From assembly GCA_051294375.1 (NCBI GenBank), contig CM119263.1, positions 23,648,762-23,712,761 on the forward strand: a stretch of DNA of 64,000 nt, given 5' to 3'. Of the stretch, positions 57,667 through 64,000 are shown one piece after another. The notes beneath the pieces were generated by a model that was not told the DNA's origin, did not search any database, and worked only from the letters and a program-made list of their open reading frames with translations. How positions within the stretch are numbered: the first letter of the stretch is position 1; each line of letters opens with the position of its first letter. Both the position numbers and the translations under genes were made by a program. Source of the DNA: Paraspadella gotoi. Its lineage: Eukaryota; Animalia; Chaetognatha.

Positions 57667-59793
57667 ATGGAGTTCGTGGGTCTCTTCGACCCCAACGACG
57701 AGGAGGTGACGGATTCGAGCGAGGAGGAGGCGGTGGAGGAAGAGCTGGAGGCGAAGGAAGCGTCCTCGCCGACTTCACTTCCTCCGGAGGTGGAGGTAGG
57801 AAACGTGGAGTACAAACTGAAGCTGGTGAATCCGTCCCAGTCTCGCTTCGAACATCTCGTCACGCAAATGAAGTGGCGCCTGCAAGAGGGCGGCGGCGAG
57901 GCCATCTACGAGATCGGCGTCAAGGATTGCGGAGACCTGGAGGGGCTGGACGACGAGGATCTGGAGGCCTCGCTGGAGACGCTGGGTCGCATGGCCGAAA
58001 AGTTAGGGGCGTCCATCCACATCTTACGGGAGCACACCCTTCCCTCCTCCTCCGCGTCCTCCACGGATCTCAGCCGCGAGTCGACGCCGGGGCGAGAGTC
58101 GAAGACGGCGACGCCCGGCTCCATGAAGCGCAGCGTCACCGAGTCGCAGCTGGGACGCCTAGTCGACGGCGGCGCCCTCAAAAGAAAGAGGGCGCTCGAG
58201 GTGTTGGTGCGTAAAGTGCCGGACGATCGGCATTTTATCGACCTGCGAATGGCCGTCTTGGGAAACGCCGACGCGGGAAAGTCGACCCTGCTCGGGGTTC
58301 TGACTCACGGAGAGCTAGATAACGGTCAGGGGCGCGCCCGCCTGAATCTCTTTCGCCATCTGCACGAGATTCAAACGGGGAGGACGTCTTGCATCTCCCA
58401 CGAAATTCTCGGCTTCGACGAAGGAGGTCGCGTCCTTAACTACCAACGCGAATCCGACTACCGGCCCAAGACCAACGAGGAGATCTGCTCCAACGCCTCC
58501 AAGGTCATCGCTCTCATGGATCTCGCCGGACACCCCAAGTACATGAAGACGACGGTGTTCGGACTGACGGGCTACGCACCCCATTTCGCAATGCTCGTCG
58601 TCTCGGCTAACTCCGGCCTCGTTGGCACGACGCGCGAGCATCTCGGCTACGCCCTCGCCCTCGAGGTCCCCATCTTTGTGGTCGTGTCCAAGCTGGATCT
58701 GTGCAGCCGCGAGACGGTGGAGTCAACGCTTCAGCAGCTCCAGCAAATCCTTACGTCGCCCGGATGTAAGAAGGTGCCGTATCGAGTGACGTCGCGTGAT
58801 TCGGCGCTGACGGCGGCGGCGTCTCTACCGTCTAAGTCTGTCTGTCCCATCTTCGAAGTGTCGTCCGTTACTGGGGTCGGTATCGACCTTCTGCTCGCTT
58901 TCCTCCACGCTCTCCCGCCCCTCAAGACAGGCAAAGAGAAGGAGAAAGATCTGCAGGAGAACGGGGAGTTCCAGGTGGACGAGATTTTTCACATCCCGAG
59001 CGTCGGCAGCATCGTCGGTGGGCGCCTCGCGAAAGGAGTCATCCAGGCGGGCGATTCGCTGCTATTGGGTCCTTCGCCGGACGGGCGATTCGTTCGCGTT
59101 CAAGTACAATCGCTTCATCGAAACCGCGCTCCATGTCGAACAGTGCAAGCGGGACAGGCGGCCACACTTGCGCTGGGCCAGTCTTACCCCAAAACAATCC
59201 TTCGTCGAGGCAGCGTTCTACTCAAGACGCGACCGCTAAAATCCGATTTAATGCCTGAGACGCCGCGGCTCGCCTCTCCCGTGCGTCACCTGGGATCGCC
59301 GGTTCGTACTCTGGTTTCTCGGCGGCGACGCGGACGGCGGCGCGGCAGCTCTCGTTCCTCCTTCAGCGACGAACCGTTCGACGAATTGCTCCGCGGCGGC
59401 GAGGCGGTCGTCTCACCATCGGCCTTTCCCTTCGAACCCTCCGTCGACGAGGACGGAGCCGTGTCACAGCCGCCGCCTCCGCGAGCCTGTCTCAGCTTCG
59501 AGGCTGACATCTACGTCCTCTTTCATCCGCACGGAATCGGCAAGAACTTTCAAGCCACCGTCCACATCGGCAACATCCGGCAGACCGTCGTGATAGAATG
59601 GATTCACGCTTCGACTGTCCTCAAGACGGGGGAACGAGCTCGGGTCAGGTTCCGGTTTATCAAGCGTCCCGAGTATGTCACTATTGGGTCCAGGCTCATC
59701 TTCAGGGAATCGAACAGCAAAGGGATGGGGAACGTCACCAAGGTCTATTATCTCGGTGATGAAGAAACTTCTTCCGCGATCGCCGAGGATTGA
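57667..59793 (+). CDS. GTPBP2: GTP-binding protein 2 (translational GTPase, ribosome rescue), single exon, 708 aa
   Basis: LPPEVEVGNVEYKLKLVNPSQSRFEHLVTQMKWRLQEGGGEAIYEIG; G1 GNADAGKS; RHLHEIQTGRTS; G3 DLAGH; G4 SKLD; EF-Tu-like domains II/III; AATAAA at ~59871. Confidence 0.96.
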   Translation: MEFVGLFDPNDEEVTDSSEEEAVEEELEAKEASSPTSLPPEVEVGNVEYKLKLVNPSQSRFEHLVTQMKWRLQEGGGEAIYEIGVKDCGDLEGLDDEDLEASLETLGRMAEKLGASIHILREHTLPSSSASSTDLSRESTPGRESKTATPGSMKRSVTESQLGRLVDGGALKRKRALEVLVRKVPDDRHFIDLRMAVLGNADAGKSTLLGVLTHGELDNGQGRARLNLFRHLHEIQTGRTSCISHEILGFDEGGRVLNYQRESDYRPKTNEEICSNASKVIALMDLAGHPKYMKTTVFGLTGYAPHFAMLVVSANSGLVGTTREHLGYALALEVPIFVVVSKLDLCSRETVESTLQQLQQILTSPGCKKVPYRVTSRDSALTAAASLPSKSVCPIFEVSSVTGVGIDLLLAFLHALPPLKTGKEKEKDLQENGEFQVDEIFHIPSVGSIVGGRLAKGVIQAGDSLLLGPSPDGRFVRVQVQSLHRNRAPCRTVQAGQAATLALGQSYPKTILRRGSVLLKTRPLKSDLMPETPRLASPVRHLGSPVRTLVSRRRRGRRRGSSRSSFSDEPFDELLRGGEAVVSPSAFPFEPSVDEDGAVSQPPPPRACLSFEADIYVLFHPHGIGKNFQATVHIGNIRQTVVIEWIHASTVLKTGERARVRFRFIKRPEYVTIGSRLIFRESNSKGMGNVTKVYYLGDEETSSAIAED

Positions 59794-60732
59794 TTGATTG
59801 TTCGAAGAGATAGTTTGTTTAGTTGATTGTCTCATTCTTGTTGGAAGTAGTTTTTAACTATTGAATAATTAATAAAATATTGTATCGATTTTATCAAGAC
59901 GTCGTCGGAGCCGATATTGCGAACGAAGGATTTTGTGGGATTCCTTCGACGGGGATTGGGATGGTCTTTGTTGGCTGCGTATTAGTCACGTTTTTAGACG
60001 TTTTTACTTTTTTATAATGCCTGGTACAAATCATAAGAATTTTATGAGTACAAGCCTCACAAGTTATTTCCAAATAACGAATAGACGAAAAAATAATAAA
60101 AACAAAGAAAAAAATATCAATACACCTCACTTTCAGCACTGCTTTATCACTCATTCAGGCGTTTATTTATACTTCTTGGGGTCCCGATCTCAATTACTAG
60201 GTGAAAATTATTATTTGAAAAGATTAAAAGTTTGAATGGGATGATTTATTGATTATGTTCACTTGCTTCTCTAAAACCAACTCTGTCCTTTTATGATAGA
60301 ACGTATCTGGACTATCACTAGTCTTGGCTATTTTAAACGCATGATTGCATTTTTATTATCTGATAATTTCATTTGAATATTATATAAAAAGTTTGTATCA
60401 TTATCATATGCACCAATCACTGGATGATCAATCTATGAACTGTAAAATATTTTCCCTTCGCCGTGTTATCGCGTCATAAATGTTAAAAAAATTGATGCCT
60501 TTCGAACTTTTATGCCAGTAACGCGTGCTCTATACTTATCGGATTAATGTCTAAACTAACCTTCCATTTCAAATGTATTAAACGAATTTCGGATTGAACT
60601 CATTTTTATCGAATCTACTATCTCTGGTTGAATTTAAGATAAAAAAAAAGTGTTAAGCTTTCTATCGCGAAAGAGAGATTAACTTTTGAAAGACGTGGAA
60701 AAAGAAAGACAAAAGCTGTGGGCGAGTTGGCG

Positions 60733-61864
60733 ATGGCGGCGTCACCGCGACGAGAGTCGCCGGCTGCGGCCGTAAGGAAGAGCAGGGACGAATCTCTCAT
60801 GGACAAGATCGGAACTCTGGCCAGAAAGAAGAAAGTCAAAGAGAGTAAGTAGAATCTAAGTAGCTCGCTTTGCGGTTGGTACCGGGGTTGGATACCAAAA
60901 TTGGACACGAGCCGGTTGGCCTTTGGCAAGACCGCTGTTAATTTAAATGTGATATTTACGTAATTTGATTAAAACTTACTGGGCATTTTCCTAACACGTC
61001 TCTTCGATCGGGATGACATTTTCAGTTGACGAACTTGAGGCGGAGGGAAAGACCGCGATCGAGTCACCCTCGAGTCCGGTAGCGCCAGAGTTCGCTCCCG
61101 AGAGTTATCTCATGGAAGAAAACGAAGAGAGGTAAATCGCTTTGGTTGTGTAAAAACATTATTTTTGATGGCAAAAAAATCAATGGAAATCGTGAATTCA
61201 GGTCCATGCTTGAGCCGCATTGCAAAGAGGATCCAAAGCTCAAGGAGTTGATCAACGTCCTTTTGGATTGGATCAACGACGAGTTGGCCGAATATCGAAT
61301 CATTGTCAAAGACGTCGAAGAGGATTTCTACGACGGTCAAGTTCTCCAGGTATGGTTCTCAGAAAATCTCAGTAAAATAAAATTAAATATTTTTTATCGT
61401 CATTCTTGTTATTTTCAGAAACTGATTGAAAAATTGGCGAACAAAAAATTGGACATACCTGAAGTCACCCAATCCGAGTTCGGTCAGAAACAGAAATTAG
61501 GCAAAGTTTTGGATACCATTAAGGCACAGCTTAATCTTCCCAAATGGAACCAATCCAAATGGACTGTCGACAGTGAGGCGGAGATATTTTTTAAAGCTAT
61601 AGAATGTACAAATACATTCGTACACTGTCATCCGTCTTTAAATTATCTTTTCCCAATACATTTTGTCAGATATACACGCGAAGAACTTAGTTTCTATCTT
61701 GCATTTGCTGGTCGCTTTGGCTATTCATTACGGGGCCCCGATTCGATTGCCGGACCACGTCAACGTCAACATCGTCGTCGTTCAAAAACGCGACGGCATT
61801 CTACACACGCGCCAAGTCGTTGAGGAAATCACGGGAGCCAATGACGCGCTTGGCGCCAGATTTG
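60733..61864 (+). CDS. PARV: Parvin, 5' part only (exons 60733-60844, 61026-61131, 61202-61349, 61419-61572, 61670-61864); presumably continues beyond the window
   Basis: DKIGTLARKKKVKE; EGKTAIESP; first CH domain LINVLLDWINDELAEYRIIVKDVEEDFYDGQVLQKLIEKL...PEVTQSEFGQKQKL...KWTVD(N)IHAKNLVSILHLLVALA. The second CH domain is not in the window. Confidence 0.93.
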
Positions 61865-62117
61865 GTGAGAAAAATTAAGGTTTTATTTGTTTTGAGTTTA
61901 AATCAGTTGTAATACATACATCTTATTTACTTTACACTACAAAATTATTCTTAATCTTTGGTTACCTCCGGCTACTTCATAAAAACAAATTAACTACCCT
62001 AGATAAAATTTTTTTTAAAAAAGTTTTTAAATCATTTTTTATTCATTAACATGCATTTAGATGTAAATTTAATTTTCTAATCAAAAGAGGTAGTCCATGT
62101 AATTGATAGGTTGCCGA

Positions 62118-63960
62118 TTAAGTCCGGCCTGAACATACATTGGCTTGTAAATCTTTTTGCGCACATAAAATATCTGGTCTTAAACATGCGACAATGTATC
62201 GGTAAACCCTTTCATCTTGTTTTTCAACGCAATCGCAGTGACGTATACAGTTGCATTCAATTCTTTTGCCAGCGTCCACAATTTCTTTAATATTAGAGCA
62301 ATCTGGCTTGAGAGCATTGTAGAACAGTGTAGTTTGCAACGTGTCTGCCACCTGGTCAGCCGGTATTCTTTAAAAATTTATCTCTTTTAAGCTTTGGCGA
62401 TTATTTTTCGGTACCTTATTTATATCTTGAACGTAGTAGGTAGGGTGATCCTGTTTTCTTCTTGCTGGCTCAAGTGGATAGTATTGGTAGCAGCTACGTC
62501 CAGGAAACATTTGGCCAACAAGGTGCATTATTTGAAGATTACTGAAATGTTTACCCTTTGGGGTAATTTCACTGACGATCGTTTCAATAGTTGAATTAAT
62601 CTTAACCTAATTAAAATTAAGCATGTTCAAACTATATTCTTTATATTATTTATAACACATTTACCTACCTTTGTGACCACCTCATTTGTTATCCAAATCA
62701 TATCTGGAAGCTCTTCAACGCTAAATTTACCAAAAAGATCTTCTAGTGCGTTATTAATTCTAGGATATAACTCCCCTACCATAAATGTGCGAATGTTATC
62801 AGTTTGACCTGATTCAAAAATGTAATTATGAAAGAAAATTTTCTAAAAAAATATGTTAATTTTAAAAATTACCATCAATAAGCGCAGCGTTGTTTGTTGA
62901 AAACTGTCTGTTGGACGAAAAAGCAAGATTACCGTTATCTATTCCGCCATATAGTTTTGGAAGTACTTCTCTCAATCTTTGCGTTACGCCCTAAAGTTTA
63001 AAACGATTTCTTTTTTTAGGAGATATTCTTTTTGAAGTAAATTACTTCTTATAAAACTTACATTTACGTTATCAAGGGTAGCTATTCCATTATCGATTAG
63101 TTTATTCCATGAAGACTCTAATGATTTACATTCATCATCGATTCTTCCATTGACTTTATTAACATCTATTATTGCTTTGTTCAATTCATTCTTCGCGTGT
63201 TTGAGTTGGTCACGATAATTCTTTTGTTGGCTAATGCTTTCGGCGAGAGCAATTCCAATTGATATGACTTCAAGAATAATTGTAACAGGATTTGGTGGTA
63301 CGATTGCAATGATTGCTATTTCCACAGTGGCTATGACACCTAGAGAAAACCATTTTGTTGAAGAGTTTGCACTTTTTGACTTTCAAAAGCTTTCTACCTC
63401 TGATTGCCATTTCCATCCTTTTCATTTTAGCTGTTCTTTCAATCAGATCGTCTTTTGCCTTAACGATGAAACCAATCATTAAATAATTTTAAAATTTAAA
63501 AAGTTTACCTTGAAATTTTTTTTTATTTGTGCCTTAATATCAGTTCTTCCAACTCTTTCCACTCTGGCTCTCCCAAATATTAGTTAAAATATATTTATTT
63601 TGAGTTGGTGCGCCTTCATGTTTAGTTATAAAAGTTAATAAAAATAAAAATAAACCTGCGCCATATGTTCTTTCCATTTCGGGTTGTACTGGTCGTATTC
63701 CATCATTTCAAGTATATGGATCATCTCATAAGCCTCGTTAGTAACCTACATTAAACTATACCAATTTTTATATAATAATAAACAAATATTTATAATGAAG
63801 TATTACCTTGACAAACAGATCCGATATATATTTTAGATTATTTTGTATTTCAATGGACAAAGTTCCCATCTGTTTGCATAAAGCTTGTCGACGTTGACCA
63901 TAGTTAACTTTGTCTCTATACGTAATGAAACCATAGCAATCGTTATGCATATATTTTCCC
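62118..63960 (-). CDS. Uncharacterised AT-rich multi-exon gene antisense within a parvin intron (3' part)
   Basis: Phase-compatible short-intron exons give ...AKDDLIERTAKMKRMEMAIR-GVIATVEIAIIAIVPPNPVTIILEVISIGIALAESISQQKNYRDQLKHAKNELNKA...-GVTQRLREVLPKLYGG...-QTDNIRTFMVGELYPR...-VKINSTIETIV...SCYQYYPL...-VADTLQ...CNCIRHCDC...CSGRT*. The segment at ~63510-63620 does not splice cleanly (in-frame stop). Confidence 0.65.
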
Positions 63961-64000
63961 TTGCTTTAAAAAATTGACATTACCTCAAAATATATTGAAG

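Overview
Eukaryotic (animal-like) draft-assembly DNA with GC/CpG-rich exons, AT-rich introns, many (AG)n microsatellites and three N gaps. I spliced the genes by hand from phase-compatible exons. Genes in order: an intronless basic/acidic ORF with HEXIM-like motifs (3.2-4.1 kb); a ~38-exon BLTP2/KIAA0100/hobbit bridge-like lipid transfer gene (4.6-32.2 kb, +); an HP1-family gene; an orphan secreted low-complexity gene (-); a divergent PKA catalytic-subunit paralog; intronless GTPBP2; and the 5' half of parvin. The BLTP2 introns host cystathionine beta-synthase (-), two tRNA-Arg(TCT) genes and several non-autonomous transposon copies. The last visible parvin intron hosts an AT-rich antisense multi-exon gene. 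The most notable unexplained features are: (i) BLTP2 seems to have modular ends, with two paralogous mutually exclusive first exons (each an N-terminal TM anchor, one starting MGCGDC), a frame-preserving 366-aa internal cassette and a triplicated terminal unit; (ii) relaxed splice signals, with 5 GC donors among ~57 modelled introns and many AAG acceptors; (iii) a perfect recursive-splice-like site in the CBS-hosting intron. All family assignments rest on motif recognition from memory, not database searches, and exon boundaries are predictions.
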